Positions 1-8,812 of a stretch of DNA of 27,086 bases are shown piece after piece. The position numbers and the translations under genes are program-made. Where the stretch lies: assembly GCA_038135915.1 (NCBI GenBank), contig JAYPYM010000019.1, forward strand, positions 1 through 27,086, in the 5' to 3' direction. Within the stretch, counting starts at the first letter, position 1. Each line of letters begins with the position of its first letter. The notes under the pieces are model-generated. The model was not told the origin of the DNA and made no database searches. It worked only from the letters and a program-made list of their open reading frames with translations. Source of the stretch: Gammaproteobacteria bacterium. GTDB lineage: Bacteria > Pseudomonadota > Gammaproteobacteria > Pseudomonadales > UBA6940.

Positions 1-900
1 CTCACCCCAAAGCAACCGACTAAGATGGGTGTGTAAAGGGTTGCCTGTGGGTACGAAATAGGGCTCTACACTATGCTGTAGCAACTGGGCTTTGTTTTTT
101 TCAACGTTAGAGGTGATGAACTTTAGTGCTTTTTTTGAGTGTAATATGCCTATGGGATGATCAGGGTCATTTTTGTAGAGTAAGATTCGGGTATGTTGTA
201 TTCGTTTAAGCGCTTGCATGATTTGGTCAAAGCTTTCGCTAATATCAATGCCAGAAATTTCCTGTCTTGGTATCATAATGTCGTCTACGGTTACTTTTTC
301 TAGGTCTAAAATGCTTAAAAGCATATTTCGATGTCTTCTTGGGATGACCTTGCTAGACTCTAGTACGACTGTGCGTAGCTCTTCAGGGTTTAATGCCTCT
401 TTATCCTCTGTATTTGTTGTATTTACACCAAGGGGCTTAAGAATTAGATTGGTAAAGAGATTCACTAGCCATATCAGTGGTGAAAATACTTTGATGAGAG
501 GGTTTAATACATAGGCCGCCGGGAAGGCTATTTTTTTGGGGTGTAATGCCGCCATGGTTTTGGGTGTTACTTCTGCAAAAATCAATATGATAATAGTGAG
601 CGTAATGGTCGCAATAGCAATCCCTGTATCACCCCAGACTCGAATGGCAAGTATAGTGGCAATAGCTGATGCCAGGATATTGACAAAATTGTTACCAATT
701 AAAATTGCGCTGATTAATTTGTCTGGCCTTTTTAATAGGTAATCCACTAGCTTAGCAGTGCGATTGTTTTTACTGACTAAATGCCTGAGTTGATACCTAT
801 TCAACGACATCATGCTGGTTTCAGAGCTGGAAAAGAAAGCAGATAGCACCAGCAGGCCAAGTAGAATCAAGAGTAAGCTGGTGTTAGAGAGATCGTTCAA
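1..900 (-). CDS. HlyC/CorC-family transporter (DUF21 membrane domain plus CBS pair); partial, C-terminus runs off the window start. Probable TTG start at 900.
   Basis: The minus-strand reading frame is open from about 900 down to position 1, so it is absent from the ORF track. Its N-terminus is hydrophobic, 'LNDLSNTSLLLILLGLLVLSAFFSSSETSMMSLNRYQLRHL', which matches the DUF21 pattern. A CBS-pair region follows ('VTVDDIMIPRQEISGIDISESFDQIMQALKRIQHTRILLYKNDPDHPIGILHSKKAL'). The plus-strand ORFs 218-514 and 536-742 are antisense artefacts of this gene. Confidence 0.75.
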   Translation of the reverse strand, partial: MNDLSNTSLLLILLGLLVLSAFFSSSETSMMSLNRYQLRHLVSKNNRTAKLVDYLLKRPDKLISAILIGNNFVNILASAIATILAIRVWGDTGIAIATITLTIIILIFAEVTPKTMAALHPKKIAFPAAYVLNPLIKVFSPLIWLVNLFTNLILKPLGVNTTNTEDKEALNPEELRTVVLESSKVIPRRHRNMLLSILDLEKVTVDDIMIPRQEISGIDISESFDQIMQALKRIQHTRILLYKNDPDHPIGILHSKKALKFITSNVEKNKAQLLQHSVEPYFVPTGNPLHTHLSRLLWGE

Positions 901-1040
901 GTGATTATTTACTCATGTCCAAATGCAGGTGTGGTTAATAGTGAGTGATGAACCAGAGAGTCGATAAAACTTCATGACTTTTAATAACCAAGTATAAACA
1001 AAGGAAACCTAGGATCCAAGTCTGTCTACCGTCTTTTATG

Positions 1041-1099
1041 AACCGAGCGTGCTCAGCAAAACAGGTGTCGTGTTCAGCAAAACAGGTATAAAGCAGCCA
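1041..1099. repeat. Tandem direct repeat of 'tcagcaaaacaggt' (two copies about 22 bp apart) upstream of the CorC-like gene; candidate regulator-binding sites.
   Basis: Read directly from the sequence: 'gctcagcaaaacaggtgtcgtgttcagcaaaacaggtataaag'. Confidence 0.4.
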
Positions 1100-1367
1100 A
1101 GCTTAGGCTCAGTGTAAAAATAGTCGACCTCAGTGATGAAAAAGTAGTCGCGATTTTTTTGCAGATGTGTTTTAAGCGAATGTTCATGGTGATAGTCTTT
1201 CAAATAGTTGCATGGTGTCAAAATAATCCTTGGGCAATTGTGGGGGTAAGGCAGCCTATTCAAGCTTTCTTGGAGTTGCTAGAGTGTATGCGGGTCAAAT
1301 GGGATATTCAGCTGGATATTTCTGCTTTAATTGGTGAAAAGGTGCAGTAAAATGCTGTGATTAAATA

Positions 1368-2759
1368 CTAACTTTTCTCTGGAGCAGTTGCTTTAGATAA
1401 GCTTGGAGTTAAGCATATTTCATTAACACAGGCTTGAAAGTTACCATCCCTCAAATGAGTGTTTATCATATCGCCGGGCTTCACATCATGAATGCTGTGA
1501 ATGATTAAATGTTTTTTGGATTGGTGGGCGTGCTCACTGATGCTATACCCTCGCTCTAATGTATTCAGTGGGCTAAGGGCATTCAGCTGCGCAACTAGTT
1601 TGCTGAAGCTATGGCTGACGGATTCTCGTTGTTGATTGATCATTTGGTGGAGTTTTTCAAGCAAGATTGATATTTTTTGCCGATTTTCATCAAGCTGCTC
1701 ATTAATTCTGTGGGTTGTGAAGCGTTGGTTGGTCAGCTCTAACTCTTTTCGTTTCCACTTGATTAAATCTTTAGTGGTATAGGTCAGCTTAGACTCAAGA
1801 AAATCCAATTTCTGACTGATTTCTTCTAGTTTTTGTCTAGGGTGTTTTAGTCTCTTGTTGGTGCTGAGCCAGTTTGAGTTAGCGTGTTTTAATAATTGGC
1901 GTATTGAAGTCATGAGTCGCGCATCATATGACTTTAAAGCTTGGCCCAACTCTGATTGATCTGGTGTTGCTAATTCGGCGGCAGCTGAAGGTGTTGGGGC
2001 TCTTAAGTCTGCTACAAAGTCACTGATGCAAAAATCTGTTTCATGTCCAACAGCACTGATCACAGGTGTTTCACATGAAAAAATACCGCGAGCCAAGGCT
2101 TCTTCATTAAAGCACCAAAGGTCTTCCAAAGAACCGCCACCTCGACCGATAATAATGACCTCAACCTCTGGGTCGCGATCTGCATGCTCCAGCGCATTGG
2201 TAAGCTCTTGCGTAGCTTGGTGTCCTTGTACACTGGTGGGAAAAACCTTAACTTTAGCGATAGGATACCGCCTTTGTAGCACATGAAGAACGTCCCGAAT
2301 GGCTGCGCCGGTGGGGGAGGTGATGACACCAATTGTGCTGGGGTATTTTGGTATAGGGACTTTATGAGCATGGTTGAACAGACCTTCAGCTTCAAGCTTT
2401 CTCTTTAACAGATCAAAAGCTTTTCTAAGCGCGCCTTCTCCTTCGAGTTCCATGTTTTCAATAATAAGCTGGTAGTCGCCTCTTGGCGCGTAGATGCTGA
2501 TTCTGCCTTGCGCAATTACGTTAAGTCCGTCACTTGGTAAAAAGCCTAACCCAAACTGGCTACGACGAAACATGGCGCAACGAACTTGGCTGGAGTCATC
2601 TTTAAGCGTAAAGTACAGGTGACCCGATTTTGGCTGAGATAGGTTGGATATTTCGCCTTCCACCAAAATTTGAGCAAACTCAGTCTCTAGGAGTGCTTGA
2701 ACTTCCTGGTTCAGCCCAGTAACCGAAAAAATATGCTTTTCTGATAAAGTAGAATCCAT
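1368..2759 (-). CDS. xseA: Exodeoxyribonuclease VII large subunit
   Basis: 463 aa. It has an N-terminal OB-fold and a central catalytic region with 'IGRGGGSLEDLWCFNEE' and 'ISAVGHETD' motifs, followed by a long coiled-coil C-terminus typical of XseA. Confidence 0.93.
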   Translation of the reverse strand: MDSTLSEKHIFSVTGLNQEVQALLETEFAQILVEGEISNLSQPKSGHLYFTLKDDSSQVRCAMFRRSQFGLGFLPSDGLNVIAQGRISIYAPRGDYQLIIENMELEGEGALRKAFDLLKRKLEAEGLFNHAHKVPIPKYPSTIGVITSPTGAAIRDVLHVLQRRYPIAKVKVFPTSVQGHQATQELTNALEHADRDPEVEVIIIGRGGGSLEDLWCFNEEALARGIFSCETPVISAVGHETDFCISDFVADLRAPTPSAAAELATPDQSELGQALKSYDARLMTSIRQLLKHANSNWLSTNKRLKHPRQKLEEISQKLDFLESKLTYTTKDLIKWKRKELELTNQRFTTHRINEQLDENRQKISILLEKLHQMINQQRESVSHSFSKLVAQLNALSPLNTLERGYSISEHAHQSKKHLIIHSIHDVKPGDMINTHLRDGNFQACVNEICLTPSLSKATAPEKS

Positions 2760-2915
2760 GCTCAGTTTGGGTTTAATTAGGCGAGAAATGACCGTATCAT
2801 ATTAAGATTAAATTCAACGTCCGGTGATATGTGTTTGGCCGATTATTTAACCTCGAAAAGACATTAAATTCAACCGTTTAAGTTCTATAAAATGATAAAT
2901 TCTAGTTGGTGAAAT
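2760..2915. promoter_or_regulatory. Divergent promoter region between xseA (minus) and the sdhE-like gene (plus). It contains a 13-14 bp direct repeat, 'ttaaattcaac(c)gt', at about 2810-2823 and 2864-2878.
   Basis: AT-rich 156-bp spacer between two divergently oriented starts. The repeat was read directly from the sequence. Confidence 0.3.
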
Positions 2916-3251
2916 ATGCCTATATGCAATGATAAAAAATCTGATCATAACGATGACCAGCCTGTTAGTACTTCAGTGGACAGTACCTCAGCGGATAGTA
3001 CCACAGTGGATATGGCTCGCTTGAGATGGCAATGTAGGCGCGGAATGAAGGAGCTAGAAGTGTTAATCCAGCCTTTTTTTGAGCAACACTTTTTGCATTT
3101 AGATAACGTTCAAAAAGATGACTTTGCTGAGCTGCTAAAGGCATCTGATGTTGAACTGTATGCGTGGTTTCTAGGTTATGAACAACCGGATTCAGATCGA
3201 TTGGCAGCACTCATTGACATGATTCAAAGTGCAGCATACTCAAAGGTTTAA
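2916..3251 (+). CDS. sdhE: SdhE/YgfY (CptB) family FAD assembly factor and antitoxin-like protein. The true start may be the internal Met at 3012 (MARLRWQCRRGM...).
   Basis: It carries the family signature 'RLRWQCRRGMKELEVLIQPFFEQHF...DDFAELLKASDVELYAWF', which aligns by eye with E. coli SdhE ('[25 protein letters not shown]...'). The N-terminal 32 aa (Ser/Thr/Asp-rich) are not typical of the family. Confidence 0.75.
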   Translation: MPICNDKKSDHNDDQPVSTSVDSTSADSTTVDMARLRWQCRRGMKELEVLIQPFFEQHFLHLDNVQKDDFAELLKASDVELYAWFLGYEQPDSDRLAALIDMIQSAAYSKV

Positions 3252-3675
3252 TTTCCGCCCATCTCAAATTGCCTTGAGGTTTTATTATATCCTTTACATA
3301 ATGGCAAATATTGGTATATGTATAGTAAATATGTCCGGAATTGTTAAAGTAATGTTGGTGCTTTATTTATACCTTAGCCTGAGATACTTTCTTCGGCCAA
3401 ATGCACTGCTTGAACATTCAAGGGCAATGAAGGCGCTGATACTCTATTCAGAGGGGGAGGTTAAAGCGGTTTTTAATTCAGGGAAAATCTTTAGTATTCA
3501 AGTTACTTTAATACAGAGATTTTTACCTGAGCTGATAAAGTACAGCGTACGAGATGAGCATAAGGGCGCTTCTCGCTATGTTAGAACATCTTGGCTGTTT
3601 GTCTGGCCGGATTCTCTCCCTCCAGAGGAATATAGATTGTTTAAAATGCGACTGAATTTAGAAGCGATTGCCTAG
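3229..3675 (+). CDS. YgfX/CptA-like inner-membrane protein (DUF1434). The start is uncertain; ATG at 3301 (MANIGICIV...) is an alternative.
   Basis: It sits immediately downstream of the sdhE-like gene, as ygfX does in E. coli. It has two hydrophobic N-terminal helices. The C-terminal region 'GEVKAVFNSGKIFSIQVTLIQRFLPELIKYSVRDEHKGASRYVRTSWLFVWPDSLPPEEYRLFKMRL' parallels YgfX 'GEIRLLMDGRLRW...LWLAADSMDEAEWRDLRRIL'. Confidence 0.5.
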   Translation: MQHTQRFNFRPSQIALRFYYILYIMANIGICIVNMSGIVKVMLVLYLYLSLRYFLRPNALLEHSRAMKALILYSEGEVKAVFNSGKIFSIQVTLIQRFLPELIKYSVRDEHKGASRYVRTSWLFVWPDSLPPEEYRLFKMRLNLEAIA

Positions 3676-3962
3676 AAAAATAGATTAATATTAGGTGGAT
3701 AATATCGCCTGAAAGTGAGTAACCCTTTTATGCTATTCAGTAAGTAATTTGAGATGATATTGCTGATAACAATGGGGCGGTATAGTTGTTCTGATTATCA
3801 GGCATCATTAGCATAGAAACTGCTTTTCATATAGCAGCAGGTTTGATTAGATTAGTGTATTTAATGGGTCGCTAAAGTGCCCTGTATTTATTTTGCACCG
3901 AGTGATTTTCTTCTGTACACTAAATGCGTTGAATAAAAGACCAATAACCTTTGGGGTACTTT

Positions 3963-4442
3963 ATGTCAGACATTAAGCGTCCGTCCTCTGAGCCATCTGT
4001 GATTGAAAGTGCCAAATCGAACAAAGAGTGGCTGTTAAATCGAACAGCCATACGTAAAGCTAAAGAATGTATTGTCATTATCGAACAAGAGCTCGGTATA
4101 CGTTTAAAGCTTACTCACCCCAATTTTTTGGAAATGATCTACGAATATGCGGAGCTTACTGGTTCGCCTGCTTTGAGGGGGGCTTTCATCGAGCTTGCAG
4201 AGATGGCAGGTATTCGGTTTAAAAGGCGTACTACCCCAAAAGTAAGCCAAAAAGTTGTGCCTCATCCGCAGATGAATAATAACCTTGAGTCTAGCGTGAA
4301 TAAAAGTCATTATTCTAATAATAATGCTAATTCTTCAGATAACGCTGAGGTTGTTTACTACCAAAAAAAGGCCTATCCAAAATTCAATGAGCAGGGCCAA
4401 ACCTTTAAGGGCCTATATAGAGGCCACCCTCTATACGAGTAA
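3963..4442 (+). CDS. Hypothetical protein, 160 aa, with an Asn/Ser-rich low-complexity C-terminal segment.
   Basis: ORF 3951-4442 in the track. An ATG at 3963 is preceded by 'ggggtac'. I recognise no family. It is flanked by long AT-rich spacers. Confidence 0.45.
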   Translation: MSDIKRPSSEPSVIESAKSNKEWLLNRTAIRKAKECIVIIEQELGIRLKLTHPNFLEMIYEYAELTGSPALRGAFIELAEMAGIRFKRRTTPKVSQKVVPHPQMNNNLESSVNKSHYSNNNANSSDNAEVVYYQKKAYPKFNEQGQTFKGLYRGHPLYE

Positions 4443-4653
4443 AGTTAGTTTGGCTTTGGTTGATTAGTAGATCAGTTACGCAATCACATCGGGTTATTTG
4501 ATTTGCTTGATCTATATTTTTATTTTTAATATTTTTTCAATATTGGCTTTCTTTACCCATTCAAGCTTTATGCTATTAGCTTCACTATAGGAACTGAGCT
4601 TGCAGTAATATTAATATGTGATCTCGTTTAAGGGTTCGTTCACTCAGCCAAGT

Positions 4654-4676
4654 AAGCCCGCAGGGTAGCGGGGCTT
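4654..4676. terminator. GC-rich hairpin (aagcccgc-agggta-gcggggctt) between the convergent genes; candidate bidirectional terminator.
   Basis: The two arms were read from the sequence. No strong U-tract follows, so it is weak as an intrinsic terminator. Confidence 0.3.
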
Positions 4677-4693
4677 AAGGTCTGAATACTGAG

Positions 4694-5260
4694 TTAGCTA
4701 GCGGGTGGGGTACTTTCTTTAAAGTAAGGATTCGCCTTTGCGTTTTCTAATAAGGTTAATAGGTTCTCATAGGCGGAAAACTTTAGCCGATCTCGATAAA
4801 TGGCCCAGTCAATAAAACAAGCGCAACGGATATGGCTATCCGAAGCCATGGATTCTTCAGGCTTTACTAGGGCATCTAGCGCTTTTAAGCCCGATTGAAT
4901 TCGAGCCGATTGTCGTGCTAAGTAGGGCACTGAGGATAAGTCCAAGCCTGAGCGTTCCAGCAAAAACAGATTAATCGTGGAATCTAAGAGTGTATTGGTC
5001 AAGGTGAAAAGATCAAAATCCTGAAGGTCCTTAAAAAAATCTTTACCGGAAAGTTCTCGAACATATTTGAGAATGGAGCTGGAATCCGTCAGAGTCAAAT
5101 CACCATTTTTTAAAAAGGGTACTTTTTGTACAGGCGACAATTCAGCGCTCATTTTGTAGTCTGTTTCGATAAATTCATATGCAATCTTTCCTTGGCTTAA
5201 CGCAATTCTGCAATGCCTAACAAAAGGCGAAGTATAGCTACCATAGAGCTTCATAATCAT
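4694..5260 (-). CDS. Glutathione S-transferase family protein
   Basis: N-terminal thioredoxin-like GST fold: 'KLYGSYTSPFVRHCRIAL...VPFLKNGDLTLTDSSSILKYV'. It is about 188 aa, which is typical. Confidence 0.8.
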   Translation of the reverse strand: MIMKLYGSYTSPFVRHCRIALSQGKIAYEFIETDYKMSAELSPVQKVPFLKNGDLTLTDSSSILKYVRELSGKDFFKDLQDFDLFTLTNTLLDSTINLFLLERSGLDLSSVPYLARQSARIQSGLKALDALVKPEESMASDSHIRCACFIDWAIYRDRLKFSAYENLLTLLENAKANPYFKESTPPAS

Positions 5261-5419
5261 ATTTCCTAATGATGGTTAGATTAAAAAATGTAGTTATTTT
5301 AGTCGACTTTAAAGTGGTTTAGGTGAGTGTTACAAATATTCTTAGCTTAATCAAACCCTGATTACATGTTAACACGCTCATAGGTAAGCGAATGGTTTGA
5401 TCAGAGAGGTACCGGAGAT

Positions 5420-6379
5420 TTAAATATTCGAGTAACCTCTAGATAGATGAAACTCAGCTGTGATATTTCCGGGTCTTCCTTCAATAGGCAGTGGCCCATT
5501 GTAGGATTCAACTGTAAAGGGTTTAGAATCTGTTTTTCTATCTACTCTGGATGGAACCTTGATGACGATGGTATCGTCAACAATATTTGAAATTTGATTT
5601 AAAGGAATGCCCATGCTTTTGCAGACTGATTTGATTTCTGATCGGTAGGAAGCGATATCACGATTGATCTTGTGGTTAAACCTGTTCTCACTTTTCCAGA
5701 CTTTAAAAAAACAGTATCCTCCTTTTTCAATGATCATTGATAGGATTTCTTTTATATGTGCTTTACGTTCAACTCTTTTTTTAATGACATTAAGCACACT
5801 AATTGAGGTGACTGCGTGAATGGGGGTTCCATTATAAGTACTGTCAGAAAAATTGATCTCTTTTTTCTTGGATAGGTAATCTTCCTTAGCTTCAATTGGG
5901 TTTAGGGGTATACACTTTAGTGTTGGATAGTTTGCCTCAACAAAATCAGCTACAGATCGAGTAGGATCTCCACCTAGGTCAACAACAACGCAAGGGCTGT
6001 TTGTTGTACACCCTTCTGTCATTAAAGAAATTGGAGGTGTGGAGATATCTTTCTGAAAGAAACTTAATAAATGTAAATAAGCCCCAATGCCCTCCGAAGT
6101 TTCTATTCTCTCTTTATCTGTGCCCGTGAATTCAAAATCTATAAAACCTGTTTTGTCTGAGCTATGTCCTGCATTGGCTACTACTTTTGAAGGGTCTAAA
6201 GGTGTATTACTGACACAGCGTAAATTGTGTGTTGCACCAAATATCGTATGATAAGCTTGATCGTAAAGCTTGGTTGTCGTTTGGTGTTTTTGGGTTGAAT
6301 TGGTAATGGGTAGGAGTGGTATGCTAGATCTATCATAGAATAAAGATAGGGTAAAATTAGTTAGTGCTGAGAAATTCAT
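5420..6379 (-). CDS. Hypothetical protein, 319 aa; possibly a divergent FtsJ/RrmJ-like SAM-dependent ribose 2'-O-methyltransferase fold.
   Basis: 'CVVVDLGGDPTRSVADFV' resembles the FtsJ motif I ('VVDLGAAPGGWSQ'). The later 'GGYCFFKVWKSENRFNHKINRDIASYRSEIKSV' parallels RrmJ '[30 protein letters not shown]'. AT-rich spacers flank it on both sides. The fold assignment is by eye only. Confidence 0.5.
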   Translation of the reverse strand: MNFSALTNFTLSLFYDRSSIPLLPITNSTQKHQTTTKLYDQAYHTIFGATHNLRCVSNTPLDPSKVVANAGHSSDKTGFIDFEFTGTDKERIETSEGIGAYLHLLSFFQKDISTPPISLMTEGCTTNSPCVVVDLGGDPTRSVADFVEANYPTLKCIPLNPIEAKEDYLSKKKEINFSDSTYNGTPIHAVTSISVLNVIKKRVERKAHIKEILSMIIEKGGYCFFKVWKSENRFNHKINRDIASYRSEIKSVCKSMGIPLNQISNIVDDTIVIKVPSRVDRKTDSKPFTVESYNGPLPIEGRPGNITAEFHLSRGYSNI

Positions 6380-6654
6380 AGGTCAGTATACTTTTAACTA
6401 ACAGATTTATATAAAAGTTTTCTTAATCAATTAATACAGTTCATTTTATAGAAGCTAATATTTGTTATATATCTAATGATTTTTAGAATTAAACCATATG
6501 CTCATACTGATGTCTAAAGATTTTCTGCGAGCGTCCTAAGATGACAATAGCTAGTATCATGTACTACATTGTAACAGGGGATTCTGCCTTTTTTGGCCTA
6601 TTGAGTGATATCAGAAAAGAACCCTTTGTTTTCTCTAATTAAGGTTATTTTAAC

Positions 6655-7275
6655 ATGAATCTTATTAAAGTGAGTGCGATGTTATTTGTGGTTTTATACT
6701 TCGCCTCTGATGCTGCATTAGCAGAATTTTATAAGTGTAAGGATGGAAAAGAAATAAAGTATCAACAGAAACCCTGTTTTACACCAGTGGTTGATGAGGA
6801 GACCAAGCGTGAGGCAGAAAAAATAAACCCGGATGGAAAAGAGGTTCTGATTCATGAAGTGCTTACTAATAAATTTTTATACCCACAGCTCGACTTACCC
6901 TACGAAGAAAAAATCAAGTTAAGAGATAAGGTAAAAATTACGGCTGTTGGTATTCTCACGGATTGGTCGCCTAAAAGGCCCACCAGAATATCAGTTTACG
7001 ATTTTAACGGTAATAAAAAGGGTGAGAAGATCGGCCATGAAAACTTCACTAAGTATTTGTTAGATATATGCGGCTATTCCTACAATGCCGCTTGTAAATC
7101 TCCCGATGAAAGAGGGTCTACCATAGGAGAGTTGAGAATCGAAGTGACTGCATTTACAGATTCAATCTTAATCAGACTAAACGGAATGTTGAGGCCTTCA
7201 AATAAGTATGCGATTTATAATGGCGTGAGGGTATACGGCGTCAAAGAGAAAAAAATAACGGAGGACTATTATTAA
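6655..7275 (+). CDS. Secreted hypothetical protein with an N-terminal DUF4124-like motif.
   Basis: It has a signal peptide ('MNLIKVSAMLFVVLYFASDAALA'). It is followed by 'EFYKCKDGKEIKYQQKPC', which is similar to the DUF4124 'YKWVDENGVVHYSDxP' pattern. Confidence 0.55.
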   Translation: MNLIKVSAMLFVVLYFASDAALAEFYKCKDGKEIKYQQKPCFTPVVDEETKREAEKINPDGKEVLIHEVLTNKFLYPQLDLPYEEKIKLRDKVKITAVGILTDWSPKRPTRISVYDFNGNKKGEKIGHENFTKYLLDICGYSYNAACKSPDERGSTIGELRIEVTAFTDSILIRLNGMLRPSNKYAIYNGVRVYGVKEKKITEDYY

Positions 7276-7456
7276 GTTACAGCCTTGCTCATTGTAACCA
7301 TCAGTTATCTCCCAAGTAACTGTTTGTAAGAAATCTTAGATTCACTTTATTTCTAAATCTTATGGATATTTTCCCTCCAAATTTTGTCTTAACTGAAGCG
7401 ATTTAAGCGCTTGTTTTGGTTTTATATTGTATTAGTTCTATGAACGGAGATAAACT

Positions 7457-8194
7457 TTGAAAGTATTAGTGAGCTTACATATCTTTATGGGTGCCTTTCT
7501 TGTATCCATTGCCCAAGTTGGACTAACGGGGGAGACCTATTTTCGTAGTGGTCCAGAGCAGACTGTATTTATAGAGTTGTTCACATCTGAAGGTTGCAGT
7601 AGCTGCCCGCCGGCCGAGAGAAAATTGAATGCGCTTAAGGATAACCCAGATCTTTGGAAAACTATTTTTCCAGTAGCCTTTCACGTAGACTATTGGGACT
7701 ATTTAGGGTGGAAGGATCGGTTCGCTAAAACCAGCTATGCTAATCGCCAAAGATATTATGCCCAAGCAAATCATGTTTCTGGCGTATATACGCCGTCATT
7801 TTTGGTAAATGGCAAAAGTGCTGGTGTGAGGCTTTCTCCAATACCTCGTAGAGAGCAAAAGGCTGGGTTTCTTCGAGTCAGAGTTCAGGGCGATCAAGTT
7901 ACGGTTGCATTTACACCAGATGAACAGAAAAAGTTAAATGAAATTGAGTTTCATCTCGCGTTAATTGGCATGGGGCTTGAGACAAATATTACTCGTGGAG
8001 AGAATAGGGGACGATTGTCTAATCATGAATTTGTGGTTTTGGACCATACAAAACAACGTCAACAAAATACCGTTTGGCGTACAAGCCTACCTCGTACCAC
8101 GCAGCCTGCTGATCGCTATGCTTTAGTTGCTTGGGTCACTCAAGCAGGGAGCCTCTTCCCAATACAGACAACTGGTGGGTATTTGCCGAATTAA
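7457..8194 (+). CDS. DUF1223 domain protein (thioredoxin-like, secreted). TTG start, with 'ggag' 6 nt upstream.
   Basis: It carries the signature 'ELFTSEGCSSCPPAE' of DUF1223. It also has an N-terminal signal peptide. Confidence 0.8.
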   Translation: MKVLVSLHIFMGAFLVSIAQVGLTGETYFRSGPEQTVFIELFTSEGCSSCPPAERKLNALKDNPDLWKTIFPVAFHVDYWDYLGWKDRFAKTSYANRQRYYAQANHVSGVYTPSFLVNGKSAGVRLSPIPRREQKAGFLRVRVQGDQVTVAFTPDEQKKLNEIEFHLALIGMGLETNITRGENRGRLSNHEFVVLDHTKQRQQNTVWRTSLPRTTQPADRYALVAWVTQAGSLFPIQTTGGYLPN

Positions 8195-8203
8195 AGGAAT
8201 GGC

Positions 8204-8518
8204 CTATTTGTTATGGTTGGTGGTCTGGTCGGCCTGGATTTCCTCAAATGGAACTAAGAAATAGCCTGAAACACAAAGGCTGAAGGTTAGTAGCAGCAGC
8301 AGGGCGTCAGAAATATCGAAAAATGACCCTGCTAATGTAGGGATGAATACAATCGTTGCGGCCCCTGGCAATATGTAAGTCTCATTTACTTTTAGTTTGG
8401 ATTTGCAATTCGAGCACTCTAAGTCTCGATTGTAATTGCTTGAGAAATTAATAATATTAATAACCCGTTGTTTTAAACTAATTGCTGGTTTTTTGCATAC
8501 GGGGCACTTGTTTACCAT
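8204..8518 (-). CDS. Small zinc-ribbon membrane protein, hypothetical.
   Basis: It has two CxxC pairs ('CPVCKK...CSNCKS') followed by two hydrophobic helices. I chose the start at MVNKCPVC; the ORF track extends it to 8527. Confidence 0.45.
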   Translation of the reverse strand: MVNKCPVCKKPAISLKQRVINIINFSSNYNRDLECSNCKSKLKVNETYILPGAATIVFIPTLAGSFFDISDALLLLLTFSLCVSGYFLVPFEEIQADQTTNHNK

Positions 8519-8812
8519 ACTGATCACCAGGTTTGATTATATTCTTGACTATTATTATTGATATCAAAGTATTTTATCTTTTATTTTCCTCGGTCAGGAT
8601 ATATTAATTTGACCTTTATTTTCAATAGATATTGATAAAATGATACTAAAATACGACATGAATAATCCACATAAGAGGACAGGCCATTGTATTTGCGCTT
8701 AAATTAAGGGACTAATGGGTGGAATTCTTGAAAGAAGTAATACTAATAGGTTTGTAAAGAAGATATCAGTATTAGTCAATCACTAGTGTTAGCAAACAAG
8801 GGAGAAAGTGAA

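Noticed and set aside
218-742. Plus-strand ORFs 218-514 and 536-742.
   Set aside because: They are antisense to a continuous minus-strand frame encoding a DUF21 + CBS (CorC/HlyC) transporter that runs off the window edge. The composition and lack of any recognisable motif in the plus frames make them artefacts.
1036-1350. Small ORFs 1036-1263 (minus) and 1159-1350 (plus) in the CorC-xseA spacer.
   Set aside because: No RBS, no recognisable domain, odd composition, and they overlap each other. The spacer is more likely regulatory.
2026-2395. ORFs 2026-2286 (plus) and 2060-2395 (minus) inside xseA.
   Set aside because: They are alternative-frame or antisense ORFs nested in a high-confidence xseA reading frame.
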